Shown piece by piece: positions 46,415 to 55,168 of a stretch of 64,000 nt of DNA. The notes beneath the pieces are model-generated. The model ran no database searches, was not told the origin of the DNA, and was given only the letters and a program-made list of their open reading frames with translations. Each line of letters starts with the position of its first letter. Position 1 is the stretch's first letter. The translations under genes and the position numbers were made by a program. Origin of the DNA: Candidatus Angelobacter sp. (GTDB taxonomy: Bacteria; Acidobacteriota; Terriglobia; Terriglobales; Acidobacteriaceae); NCBI GenBank assembly GCA_036518395.1, contig DATDNH010000094.1, positions 7,366 to 71,365 of the forward strand. The letters run 5' to 3'.

Positions 46415-47697
46415 GGCAGTGTGACTCCTGTAAGCGCCTCAATGCGCGCCAGCGCTGATTCGTGTTGCGCCAGTTCTTTCTGATATTGGAGATCAAGGTC
46501 GAGCACATCGAGAAAAGATGAGAGCAGGGTTTGGAAGTCCTGGCGGTTGTTTTCATAGGCGGCGAGCGCGGAACGGAAGGTTGCCGCGGCCTGAGGGATA
46601 AGCCCTTCCTTGTAGATTTTCAGTTGCTCCGTGGATGTCTGGACCAATACGACCTGGTTCTGTATCTCAGCCAATTGGCGCTGAATCTCAGCCTGCAATT
46701 CCTGGCTGGCCCGCTCCTGCTTCTCCCGGCTTTCGGCCAGTTCGGCACGGCGTCGTCCCCGGTTGGGAAGTGTGATTCCGAAGGTGAGCAAGTAATAGTC
46801 GCGAAATTTGCGGTCGGTATTTTGATACATGTATTGCAGATTGAAATCCGGGCGGAATTCCTTCTGTGCCAGAGCGACCTGCGATTCTGACTGTTTCAGC
46901 ATGGCCTGCTGCGACAGAATGTCCGGGTTCTGATTACGCGCCATCTGCAACAGTTGAGAAGAGCTGTAGGGGAGCGTTTGCGGCGTCAGCGCCTCGACAA
47001 TAATGTCCGGCGAATCCTGGTCACGACCCAGCAACTGTTTGATTTCCGATTGGAGTTGTCCTTCCTCACGTTTGTTCATGGTGATTTCCTGCAGGATTTT
47101 TGTGTGTTGGAGCTGTGCTTTCAGGACCTCCTGCTGCTGGCCCTTGCCGGCGCTGTAATGCGCGCTGGCAATCTGCTCCATCTGAGAGAGCACGCTGTCG
47201 TGGTGCTGAAGGACGGCAATGGCCTCCTGCACGTAGGCCAGACGAAAATACGCAATCTTCAGACTCGCGGTGATTTGACGCGCTGCCGATTCGCTCTGCG
47301 CCTGAAGTGAATCTGCCTCCCGCGCTGCGACCTCGGCTCGGAGCTTTCTCTTGCCGGGATAGGGGAATTCCTGCGACGCACCGATCCCGATATAGGCGAA
47401 GTCACTGTTGGTATATCCGGCGAAGGGGCGTGGGCTGCCAACGGACAGATGCTGGATCATCACTTGTGTATCCGGCAGAGCTTGAGCCTGCTCGGGCGCG
47501 TGACCCGCGGCTCTGTAGGCATGGACGGCGGCAAGGATGCGCGGATTTCTTGCCTTGGCTTCTTCGACGAGCACAGCCAGCGAAGTGGCGCCGGAGGCAC
47601 GGTGCTGCATTTCTCCGGGCTGCTGTGCCCGGGAAAATCCCACAGCCACCAGAGCAAAACTTGATACAAGAATTCTCAAAATGGGAAACGCTTTCAT
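46411..47697 (-). CDS. cusC: TolC-family outer membrane efflux protein
   Basis: Signal peptide and two OEP repeats. 4-nt overlap with the adaptor gene. Confidence 0.85.
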   Translation of the reverse strand: MKAFPILRILVSSFALVAVGFSRAQQPGEMQHRASGATSLAVLVEEAKARNPRILAAVHAYRAAGHAPEQAQALPDTQVMIQHLSVGSPRPFAGYTNSDFAYIGIGASQEFPYPGKRKLRAEVAAREADSLQAQSESAARQITASLKIAYFRLAYVQEAIAVLQHHDSVLSQMEQIASAHYSAGKGQQQEVLKAQLQHTKILQEITMNKREEGQLQSEIKQLLGRDQDSPDIIVEALTPQTLPYSSSQLLQMARNQNPDILSQQAMLKQSESQVALAQKEFRPDFNLQYMYQNTDRKFRDYYLLTFGITLPNRGRRRAELAESREKQERASQELQAEIQRQLAEIQNQVVLVQTSTEQLKIYKEGLIPQAAATFRSALAAYENNRQDFQTLLSSFLDVLDLDLQYQKELAQHESALARIEALTGVTLP

Positions 47698-47732
47698 GAA
47701 ATCCTCCCAAAAACGCGGACGAATTGCTTCGA

Positions 47733-47750
47733 AGACACACGAATGTGTCT
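47733..47750. other. hairpin agacaca-cgaa-tgtgtct between the Cys-rich ORF and cusC
   Basis: 7-bp perfect inverted repeat in the 75-nt intercistronic spacer. Confidence 0.5.
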
Positions 47751-47772
47751 GCTGGAGGCAATGAAAGCTGGT

Positions 47773-48144
47773 TTAGATCCTCAGAACAGAAATGGTCTTC
47801 GGCGGAGAGACAGGCGGTGAATGAACCAGCGTCCAGGGAAAGGCGAGGGTAAGGCTGGCGGCTGAAGTGATTTTTTGCGGAACCACCAGAACCGCCGCCG
47901 GTGGTGAATGATCCCCTGCAAAACAGGCTTTGACGAGATACGGCCCAGTATCCTGGACAGTGGTGGTGCAGCAGGAATGTGAGGCGGGCATGTCCATATC
48001 GCCACAGTCACCAGCCATGGCGATGCAACATTCGCGCTCTTCGAGCGTCAATACCGCACCCGGGAGCATGCACGCTATCAAGGGCGAAGCCCAGATCGAT
48101 AGCGCCAATGCCAGGATCGCGAGTTTGCCGGTCCACCTCATCAT
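47773..48144 (-). CDS. small secreted Cys/Met/His-rich protein, first gene of the cus-like operon
   Basis: Start placed at the ATGATG at 48144. Signal-like LAILALALSIWASPLIAC, then ERECCIAMAGDCGDMDMPASHSCCTT and KACFAGDH. Confidence 0.55.
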   Translation of the reverse strand: MMRWTGKLAILALALSIWASPLIACMLPGAVLTLEERECCIAMAGDCGDMDMPASHSCCTTTVQDTGPYLVKACFAGDHSPPAAVLVVPQKITSAASLTLAFPWTLVHSPPVSPPKTISVLRI

Positions 48145-48353
48145 GGTAAGTCTAATTTCCGCTGCTTCTATGCGCAATGTTGCCTGATTGCGGCACTTCG
48201 CAGGTTATCTCGTGCGGGTGCCACTGTCTGTGATGGAGATCACGCAAGATTAATGCCATGACCGGGCAAAAGGAGAGAGACGATAGCAATGCTACCTCTC
48301 GATCGGAGTGCACTGGAGGCGCTTTGAGTGTGTATCGTGTTTCGCTGCTTGGC

Positions 48354-49169
48354 TTATGCCCGGATGAGTGTTCCCACCGCCTCGCCTGCCAGCGCGCGAG
48401 TCAAGTTGCCGCGCGTGAGGCCATTCACGATGCGTATGCTTTTCGCCAGCCGGGCATGCGTCATCAGATCCAGGACAGCAGGTTCAATAGGCAGCGTGGG
48501 AATCTCTTTGCGCCGCAACTCATCTGCAGTGATTTCAGGGATCAACTCAGCCTGTGGATTGTTTTTCGGGTCGCTCGTGTAAACGCCATCCACATCTTTC
48601 AGGAAGATGAGGCTGCGTGCCCCGAAAACCTCGGCGACCAGATAGGATCCTGCATCACTCCCGTGAGGCGGCAACTTGCCCACTGCCGGTGGGTGCTCCC
48701 ATAGTGCATACGGAGGGATGCCGTTGAAAACTGCGCCGCGCGCTGCCGCCAGCATCGCAGGGAGCAGTTGCACAACAAAAGGCGCTTCCAGATAAACAAA
48801 CCCGTGCTGCGCCAGCAGACAGGAAACCATGTAGGCGTTCTGTGCGGAGTCCTTGGCGCTCAGCGTAGCCAAAGCGCCGGTGGGCAACCCCAGATCCAGG
48901 CCGACAGAATAGATGTGCCGCGAACGCACTCCGGAACCGACGCCAATGACCATCCGATGTTTGGACTGGTTGGCCACAACCTCATCCAGCAGCGGCTTCA
49001 ACACCGCTCCACCGCGATCAATGATCGAGCGGCCGCCAATCTGAATCACATTGACGTCAGGCAGGATGGGAACAACCTGCGACTCCGTGCGGGCAATCAC
49101 GTTCTTATCGACCAGCGACTCCCGCATCAATTTTGATGGCACATGTTGTGCTCCGCCATGAGTACTCAT
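48354..49169 (-). CDS. mosA: molybdenum storage protein subunit alpha-like (amino acid kinase fold)
   Basis: Motifs VIQIGGRSIIDRG, GVGSGVRSRHIYSVGLDLGLPTG, PPHGSDAGSYLVAE, VNGLTRGNLTRALAGEAVGTLIRA. These closely parallel my recollection of A. vinelandii MosA. ATGA overlap with the upstream gene. Confidence 0.7.
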   Translation of the reverse strand: MSTHGGAQHVPSKLMRESLVDKNVIARTESQVVPILPDVNVIQIGGRSIIDRGGAVLKPLLDEVVANQSKHRMVIGVGSGVRSRHIYSVGLDLGLPTGALATLSAKDSAQNAYMVSCLLAQHGFVYLEAPFVVQLLPAMLAAARGAVFNGIPPYALWEHPPAVGKLPPHGSDAGSYLVAEVFGARSLIFLKDVDGVYTSDPKNNPQAELIPEITADELRRKEIPTLPIEPAVLDLMTHARLAKSIRIVNGLTRGNLTRALAGEAVGTLIRA

Positions 49170-50005
49170 CTCGGGCCTCCGTTTCGATAAATAATGGTGC
49201 CAACCGGTTCGCCATTCAGCGCGGCAGTAAGCTGGCCGGGCTTGAGGCCGTTCACGAATTGGATTTCTTTCATGTGCCGCGCCCGCGCCAGAAACTCCAG
49301 CACCGCGCGCTCCACAATCAGGTCGTCCAGATCGCGCTTCAGCAACTCCTCCACGCTGATGCGCGGGATGTACTTTGCCTTAGGGTCTTTCTTGGGATCG
49401 GCCGTATGCAGGCCGTCCTCGTCTTTCACAAAAATCATCTTGCGCGCGGCGAACACTTCCGCGATCAGGAAGCATCCGGTATCGGTGCGCTGCGGAGGAA
49501 TTCGTCCCTTATCCGGATTCTGCTCCCACAACTTGTACGGCGGCATGCCCTGGCAGATCACAGCACTGCGTTCCATGAGGTAATGCGGCATGGTATTGAA
49601 TCCCTCCGGCTCGATGAACGGGATTCCGTACTGTGCCAAGAGATAATGGAGCATCTGCGCATTCTGCCACGCCACTGCGGTTCCCAGCACGGTCAATACG
49701 CCGGTAGGAAGGCCAAGATCAATCGCCAGGCTGTAGATATGGCGCGCGCGTGTGCCGGCGCCAGTGCCCAGGATCATCTTGTGCTTCCCCAGATTGGCAA
49801 CGATCTCTTCCACCAGCGGGTACACGGCGCCGCGTCCGCGGTCCATGATGCTCTGGCCGCCTATCTTCACTACGTTGACCCAGGGCAAAATGCTGAAATC
49901 GGGTGTAGCCTCTGTCGCCTGCATGACTGCAGAATCGCTGAGAGACCCCGAGACGAGCCGTTTGCCCAGCGACGTAAGCAGCGGGTTGTGATCAATGTTC
50001 GACAT
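49166..50005 (-). CDS. mosB: molybdenum storage protein subunit beta-like (amino acid kinase fold)
   Basis: Motifs VVKIGGQSIMDRGRGAVYPLVEEIV, GTGAGTRARHIYS, GMPPYKLW, RTDTGCFLIAE, MIFVKDEDGLHTADPKK, RISVEEL. These closely parallel recalled MosB. I prefer ATG 50005 (GGGAG 8 nt upstream) over TTG 50131. Confidence 0.7.
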   Translation of the reverse strand: MSNIDHNPLLTSLGKRLVSGSLSDSAVMQATEATPDFSILPWVNVVKIGGQSIMDRGRGAVYPLVEEIVANLGKHKMILGTGAGTRARHIYSLAIDLGLPTGVLTVLGTAVAWQNAQMLHYLLAQYGIPFIEPEGFNTMPHYLMERSAVICQGMPPYKLWEQNPDKGRIPPQRTDTGCFLIAEVFAARKMIFVKDEDGLHTADPKKDPKAKYIPRISVEELLKRDLDDLIVERAVLEFLARARHMKEIQFVNGLKPGQLTAALNGEPVGTIIYRNGGPR

Positions 50006-50124
50006 TGTCTTTACTCCCTGAAATTCGAATTCGCGTTCGTTCGCGCCTAAATCTCCTGGTTTTGCTGTTGCAGCTGCTTTTGAGCCAAGGGCCAAAGGCT
50101 TTCTTAGTAGCTTCTTCTGCGGTT

Positions 50125-50159
50125 TTGCCAATTGCCAATTGCCAATTGCTAGTTGCCTA
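50125..50159. repeat. heptamer array (ttgccaa x3, ttgctag, ttgccta)
   Basis: Read directly from the sequence. Spans the methyltransferase stop codon and the spacer before mosB. Confidence 0.9.
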
Positions 50160-50919
50160 TCTTGAATACATGCAGCTCAAAGTTATGTTTCTCTGTAAAA
50201 ACCTTATCCAGCGATCCCCAGGTTTTTCTGGCCCAGGCACTCATTTTTTGCAGCGCTTCTTCCTGTGCCGCAGCCGGCAGAGAGGAGAACCGTGCTGCGC
50301 TGTGGTGTCGCTCCAGAAATTCTTGCGGCGTGCGCAAGGCCGTCCACGATGCCGCTATCACCTGCATTCTTTGACTGGATCCTGTCCGCAACCATTCCAG
50401 CGATTCATCGCGTGACTTCTTCGAGTCATGTTTGGCGACGCCCATTTCCTTCAAGATCACGGAGAGCTGCCTTTTCATTTGCGCATCCACTCCCGCCTGC
50501 GGAGTTACCGTCTGTCCCACCACCACAAATCCGCCCGGCACGATCACGCGTGCCGTCTCGCACAGCAGATTGCGCCAGTTATGCGTGCCGCTCAGTACCT
50601 GCATGAGCAGCACCAGCTCAAAAGAGCCATCTGCGAAAGGCAGGCGGCCTCCGTCTGCCTGGAGCAGGAAAGCGGCCGAATGCCTGGCATGGAACTCACG
50701 CAGCATCGGCAATGAAAAATCCACCCCCACATAAGCATCCCCGGCCTGCACAAACACTCTGCCGATGCGTCCGCTTCCCGCGCCCAAGTCGAGCACCATT
50801 GCGGAGCGCCGCCCTCCGGTGCTCTCCCAGATCGCCTTCCGGATCGCTTCCGGGACGCCTACAGGCAAGGTCCTGTATTGCTCAAAGTTCGCGGCGGTAA
50901 CGTCAAACGTGGAGCTCAC
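50149..50919 (-). CDS. class I SAM-dependent methyltransferase
   Basis: Motif VLDLGAGSGRIGRVF...VGVDFS. I prefer GTG 50919, which has GGTGAGG upstream and sits just after the ABC stop, over the overlapping track start 51039. Confidence 0.7.
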   Translation of the reverse strand: MSSTFDVTAANFEQYRTLPVGVPEAIRKAIWESTGGRRSAMVLDLGAGSGRIGRVFVQAGDAYVGVDFSLPMLREFHARHSAAFLLQADGGRLPFADGSFELVLLMQVLSGTHNWRNLLCETARVIVPGGFVVVGQTVTPQAGVDAQMKRQLSVILKEMGVAKHDSKKSRDESLEWLRTGSSQRMQVIAASWTALRTPQEFLERHHSAARFSSLPAAAQEEALQKMSAWARKTWGSLDKVFTEKHNFELHVFKIGN

Positions 50920-50926
50920 AGTTGCC

Positions 50927-52927
50927 TCACCGATACCCTTCTGCCTGGAGCTGAAAAAGCTCGGCGTAGATGCCATTCCGCGCCACCAGTTGATCGTGCG
51001 TTCCCTCTTCCCGCACCTCGCCTTTCTCCAGCACCACAATGTGGTCCGCCATGCGAACGGTGGAAAAGCGGTGCGAGATCAACAGCACCATCTGCCCGGA
51101 AGCCAGTTCGGAAAAGCGCTTGAATGTCTCATATTCGGAACGGGCGTCGAGTGCGGCCGTGGGTTCATCCAGAATCATCATTTGCGATTTGCGGATGTAG
51201 GCCCGGGCCAGCGCGATCTTTTGCCACTCCCCTCCGGAAAGGTCAATGCCACCTTCAAAACGCCGGCCAAGCATTTGCCGGTAGCCATAAGGAAGGCGAC
51301 TGACCAGTGAGTCCGCGTGAGACTTGGCCGCCGCACTCATGATTGCCGGATCGCTGGCATACTTGTCCATTCCATTTGTGGGTTCGAGCGCGTGCTGATT
51401 CAGGTAGTCGCGTACCGCGGTGATTTCTCCCACGCCGATGTTTTCATCCAGCAGCAGATCGTAGTGAACAAAATCCTGGAAGATGACGCCAAAGGCGCGG
51501 CGCACGGACTCCACATCGTATTCACGCAGATCCACTCCATCCAGCAGGATGCGTCCTTCGGTGGGATCATAGAGACGTGTGAGGAGCTTCGAGAGCGTTG
51601 TCTTGCCTGCGCCATTCTCTCCTACGAGCGCCACTTTCTCTCCCGGCAGGATGCGCAAGTTCACATGCCTCACTGCCCACGTGTCGCTTCCCGGATACTG
51701 AAAACCCAGGTTTTCGAAAATCACGCCCTGGCTGATTGGCGTTGGGACGGCACGGGCGCCGGGCGCTGACACGATCGTGGGCTGCAAATCAAAAAAATCC
51801 AGCAGGTCTTGGATGTAGAGGCATTGCTCGTAGATGTTGCCGGCGCTGGCGAGCATGCGCTCGGTTACTGTCCGGCTGCGCAGAAACGATGCCGCCAGAA
51901 AAGTCAGCGTGCCAACGCTGATTACGCCATAAAACCCACGCCTCAGGATGACCACGTAGGCTGCGTAGTACCCCAGGATTCCCAGCAGAGCCAATCCAGT
52001 AGCAGCAAAACCTTTGCGGACGGCGAGGCGCTTGTTCGCTCTATAAAATCGGTCTGCCAGGATGCGATAGCGAGCCACAAGCCAGTCAGACAACCCGAAC
52101 ATCTGCACTTCCTTGGCCGTCTTGTCGCTGGCGCTGAGAAAGCGGAGATAGTCCAATTGCCGCCGTTCGGGCGTCATGCGATGCAGCAATGAATATTCGA
52201 GCGAACTGAAATGGGTTTCACCAAAGAAGCCGGGCAGAACAGCCACCAGCAGGAGGGCCAGCAGCCAGGGCCCATAAATAAAGACTGCCGCGGCGAGTGA
52301 AGCCAGAGTGACAAAGTCCTGGGTCACAGAGAGCAATTGTGTGAGCAGACCGATGCGTCCTGTGGTCTGGCGCTGCGCGCGCTCCAGGCGGTCATAAAAT
52401 GCAGGGTCCTCAAAGTGGCGCAGATCGAGCTGCGCGGCATGGCTGATCAGCTTTTCGCTGATGTGATGGGAGCAAAGGTCGCCAAATAATCCTTCGACCG
52501 CGGTTGACGCCTTGTCCAATGCTTCGCCAACGCAGACAATGAGCAACTCCAGCCCGACGAGCAACCACAGCCGGGAAGGATTCGCTCGCCCCATACGGGC
52601 TGAAACAATGGTGTCAATGATCAGTTTTGCCACCCAGAGGGTTGCGATAGGAACAACTGCGCGCAGCAGACGCAGCGCGATGGTCGCCAGGGTGTAGCAA
52701 CGATGAGTCTCCCATACCAACCGCAGAAATGCCGGAATGGAACGCAATGCGCGAAAGCGCTCGCCCCACTGCAACGCGCTTGAGGCGCCATCTTTTGGAG
52801 GGAGTTTTGGCAGCTTTGCAACCGTGGGGTCCAAGGTGCCTGTATTGTAACCCCCATTCGGCGACAGTCTTAAGAAACAAGCGCCGGGAACCACGCATGT
52901 TCTGCCGAAATGGGGGAGCCACGACAT
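50927..52927 (-). CDS. ABC exporter, fused permease/ATPase (type I exporter fold)
   Basis: 6-TM N-domain. Walker A GENGAGKTTL, signature LSGGEWQKIALARA, Walker B ILDEPTAALD. Start uncertain, as the first ~40 aa look non-native. Confidence 0.85.
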   Translation of the reverse strand: MSWLPHFGRTCVVPGACFLRLSPNGGYNTGTLDPTVAKLPKLPPKDGASSALQWGERFRALRSIPAFLRLVWETHRCYTLATIALRLLRAVVPIATLWVAKLIIDTIVSARMGRANPSRLWLLVGLELLIVCVGEALDKASTAVEGLFGDLCSHHISEKLISHAAQLDLRHFEDPAFYDRLERAQRQTTGRIGLLTQLLSVTQDFVTLASLAAAVFIYGPWLLALLLVAVLPGFFGETHFSSLEYSLLHRMTPERRQLDYLRFLSASDKTAKEVQMFGLSDWLVARYRILADRFYRANKRLAVRKGFAATGLALLGILGYYAAYVVILRRGFYGVISVGTLTFLAASFLRSRTVTERMLASAGNIYEQCLYIQDLLDFFDLQPTIVSAPGARAVPTPISQGVIFENLGFQYPGSDTWAVRHVNLRILPGEKVALVGENGAGKTTLSKLLTRLYDPTEGRILLDGVDLREYDVESVRRAFGVIFQDFVHYDLLLDENIGVGEITAVRDYLNQHALEPTNGMDKYASDPAIMSAAAKSHADSLVSRLPYGYRQMLGRRFEGGIDLSGGEWQKIALARAYIRKSQMMILDEPTAALDARSEYETFKRFSELASGQMVLLISHRFSTVRMADHIVVLEKGEVREEGTHDQLVARNGIYAELFQLQAEGYR

Positions 52928-52972
52928 TTGGTAATTGGTTTATTGAAGAGGGAGCAGCTTCTCTTCATGGTT

Positions 52973-53007
52973 TTGCTAATTGCCAATTGCTATTTGCTAA
53001 TTGCTCT
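52973..53007. repeat. heptamer array (ttgctaa ttgccaa ttgctat ttgctaa ttgctct)
   Basis: Same TTGCYAA family. Lies in the spacer between modC and the ABC exporter gene. Confidence 0.9.
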
Positions 53008-53010
53008 TTC

Positions 53011-53709
53011 TCACGCGCTTGCCGCCAGACCATTGCCAATTGCTTCCTGCACCGCGCCTTCTCCGGCGATCTGGCCGCTCTTCAGCAGCAATACTCTGTC
53101 GCCCAGGGCGCGTGCTTCTTCGCGATCATGTGTGACGAACAGAGCTGGCACAGAGTTCTCCGTGAGCCACTGCTTGAGATCGGCAATAATGCCTTGCTTC
53201 AATTCATCATCCAGGGCAGAAAAGGGTTCATCCAGCAGGAGCAAACGCGGCTGGATCACCAGGGCGCGCGCCAAGGCCACTCGCTGCCTTTCTCCGCCGG
53301 AGATTTCTGCGGGACGATGATTGGCCAGGGCAGCAATCCGGAATTTTTCCAGCGCCTCGCGCACCATCTGTTGTTTTTGCGTCCCATTCACGCGAATACC
53401 AAAGCCGATGTTTTCTGCCGCTGTCATGTGCGGGAAAAGGGCCAGGTCCTGAAAAACGTAGCCCACGCGGCGATGCTGTGCTGGGATATCCAGACTGCAA
53501 GATGCGTCAAAAAGATTTTCCCCGGCTACGGAGATCGTGCCGTAATCAGGAGCTACCAATCCGGCAATGCACTGCAGGATCGTTGTCTTTCCGGCGCCCG
53601 ACGGCCCAAAGATTACCGTCACACCGGCCGGGCTGGAGAATTGCACATCCAGGCTAAAGTGCTGGTGTTTGTTCGAAGCAAATGTTCTCTTTACGTGAAC
53701 TTTGATCAT
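53011..53709 (-). CDS. modC: molybdate ABC transporter ATP-binding protein, short form without a TOBE domain
   Basis: Motifs GPSGAGKTT, ISGGERQRVALARAL, LLLDEPFSALD. ATGA overlap with modB places the start at 53709 (232 aa). Confidence 0.85.
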   Translation of the reverse strand: MIKVHVKRTFASNKHQHFSLDVQFSSPAGVTVIFGPSGAGKTTILQCIAGLVAPDYGTISVAGENLFDASCSLDIPAQHRRVGYVFQDLALFPHMTAAENIGFGIRVNGTQKQQMVREALEKFRIAALANHRPAEISGGERQRVALARALVIQPRLLLLDEPFSALDDELKQGIIADLKQWLTENSVPALFVTHDREEARALGDRVLLLKSGQIAGEGAVQEAIGNGLAASA

Positions 53710-54377
53710 CGGGCTCCCCACAGCACCAGCTTCTGGTTCAGTGCGTAGACAATGCACAGCAATAGATAAGAAAAGATCAGCAGCGCCAGCGCCGTTGTAT
53801 TGGCTGAGTGGTAGTTCAGTGCTTCTACCTGATCGTAAATATCGATGGAGAGTGTGCGCGTCACCCCGGGAATATTGCCGCCGACCATCAATACCACGCC
53901 AAATTCGCCTACGGTGTGAGCAAAACTCAGCACCAGTCCGGTCAGCAGAGACGGCCAGGCCAGCGGCAACACGATCCTGGAATAGATTTTGAATTTATGA
54001 GCGCCCAGTGTGCGCGCAGCCGCAATCAACTTCGGATCTACTGCGCGGAAGCCGCTAACCATGGGATGAACGGCAAATGGAAGGCTATACAGCACTGAAG
54101 CGACCACCAGACCTTCAAAGGTAAATGCCAGCGTGCTGCCGGTCAGGTGCTGGTACCAGCGCCCAACCGGGCTGTCTGCCCCGAAAGCAACCAACAGGTA
54201 AAAGCCCAGTACTGTTGGCGGAAGAACGATGGGCAGGGCAACGACGGATTCAGCCAGGAATTTCCAGCGCCGCCGTGAGAACGCTACCCACAGCGCGACC
54301 GGAATGCCTATAAACATCAAAATGAGGGAGGTCAGTGACGCCAGCTCGGCGGTCAGCCTCAGTGCCTGCCAGTTCAA
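53706..54377 (-). CDS. modB: molybdate ABC transporter permease
   Basis: CysTW/ModB-type EAA region and EFGVVLMVGGNIPGVTRTLSIDIY. Confidence 0.9.
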   Translation of the reverse strand: MNWQALRLTAELASLTSLILMFIGIPVALWVAFSRRRWKFLAESVVALPIVLPPTVLGFYLLVAFGADSPVGRWYQHLTGSTLAFTFEGLVVASVLYSLPFAVHPMVSGFRAVDPKLIAAARTLGAHKFKIYSRIVLPLAWPSLLTGLVLSFAHTVGEFGVVLMVGGNIPGVTRTLSIDIYDQVEALNYHSANTTALALLIFSYLLLCIVYALNQKLVLWGAR

Positions 54378-54391
54378 TCAACGCCTTCAAT

Positions 54392-55168
54392 TCACTTTTG
54401 AGCTCGCAACCCGTGAGTCTCAAAACCGTACTCATTCAGGATCTTCTGTGCCGCCGGCGATTGTAGAAACTCCACAAATCGGTGCGCATTCTGTTTGTTT
54501 TGTGATGAACGTATGACCACTGCAGACTGGTCCAGGTTGGGATAGCTGTCCGGCGGCACCAAAGCATAGCGTCCGCTGTTCTTCAGCGTGTCTGAAAGCG
54601 CCTGCGCCAGCGAAATCAGTGCCACGTCAGCATTGCCGGACTGAGCAAACTGCGCAGTCTGTGACACGTTTTCCCCCAGCACCAGTTTGAATTTGACCTG
54701 ATCGTAGACTTTGAAATGGACCATGGCCGCGACAGCAGCGCGGCCATAAGGCGCGTGCTCAGGATTCGCAATGGCGATCTTTTTTACGTTAGAATTCGTC
54801 AGGAATTTCAGGTTGTCAGCCGAAGGCTCAATCCCCAGCCGGTTGGGCACCCACACCACCAGCTTTCCTCGCGCGTAAATTGCGGTTGACTCGTCCGCCT
54901 TCCCCGTTTGCTCCAGTGTCTCTGGATAGGAGCGGTCAGCCGACAAAAATACGTCAAAAGGCGCTCCGTTCCGGATCTCGGCAAAGAAGTTGCCGGAGGA
55001 GCCGAAAGAAACCTTAAGTTGAACCCCGGTTTGTTTACTAAATGCTGCCTGCAGTTTCGGCATAGCCGGACTCAGGTCCGCGGCGGCAGCAATCTTGAGT
55101 TCCTGGGCATAAAGCCCAGTCGTCAGGATCAGGCTAAGGAAGCCGAAAACAAGCTTACGTGTGAACAA
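54392..55168 (-). CDS. modA: molybdate-binding periplasmic protein
   Basis: Signal peptide. Motifs FGSSGNFFAEIRNGAPFDVFLSAD and IANPEHAPYG. TTG start 7 nt after GGAGG. Confidence 0.9.
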   Translation of the reverse strand: MFTRKLVFGFLSLILTTGLYAQELKIAAAADLSPAMPKLQAAFSKQTGVQLKVSFGSSGNFFAEIRNGAPFDVFLSADRSYPETLEQTGKADESTAIYARGKLVVWVPNRLGIEPSADNLKFLTNSNVKKIAIANPEHAPYGRAAVAAMVHFKVYDQVKFKLVLGENVSQTAQFAQSGNADVALISLAQALSDTLKNSGRYALVPPDSYPNLDQSAVVIRSSQNKQNAHRFVEFLQSPAAQKILNEYGFETHGLRAQK

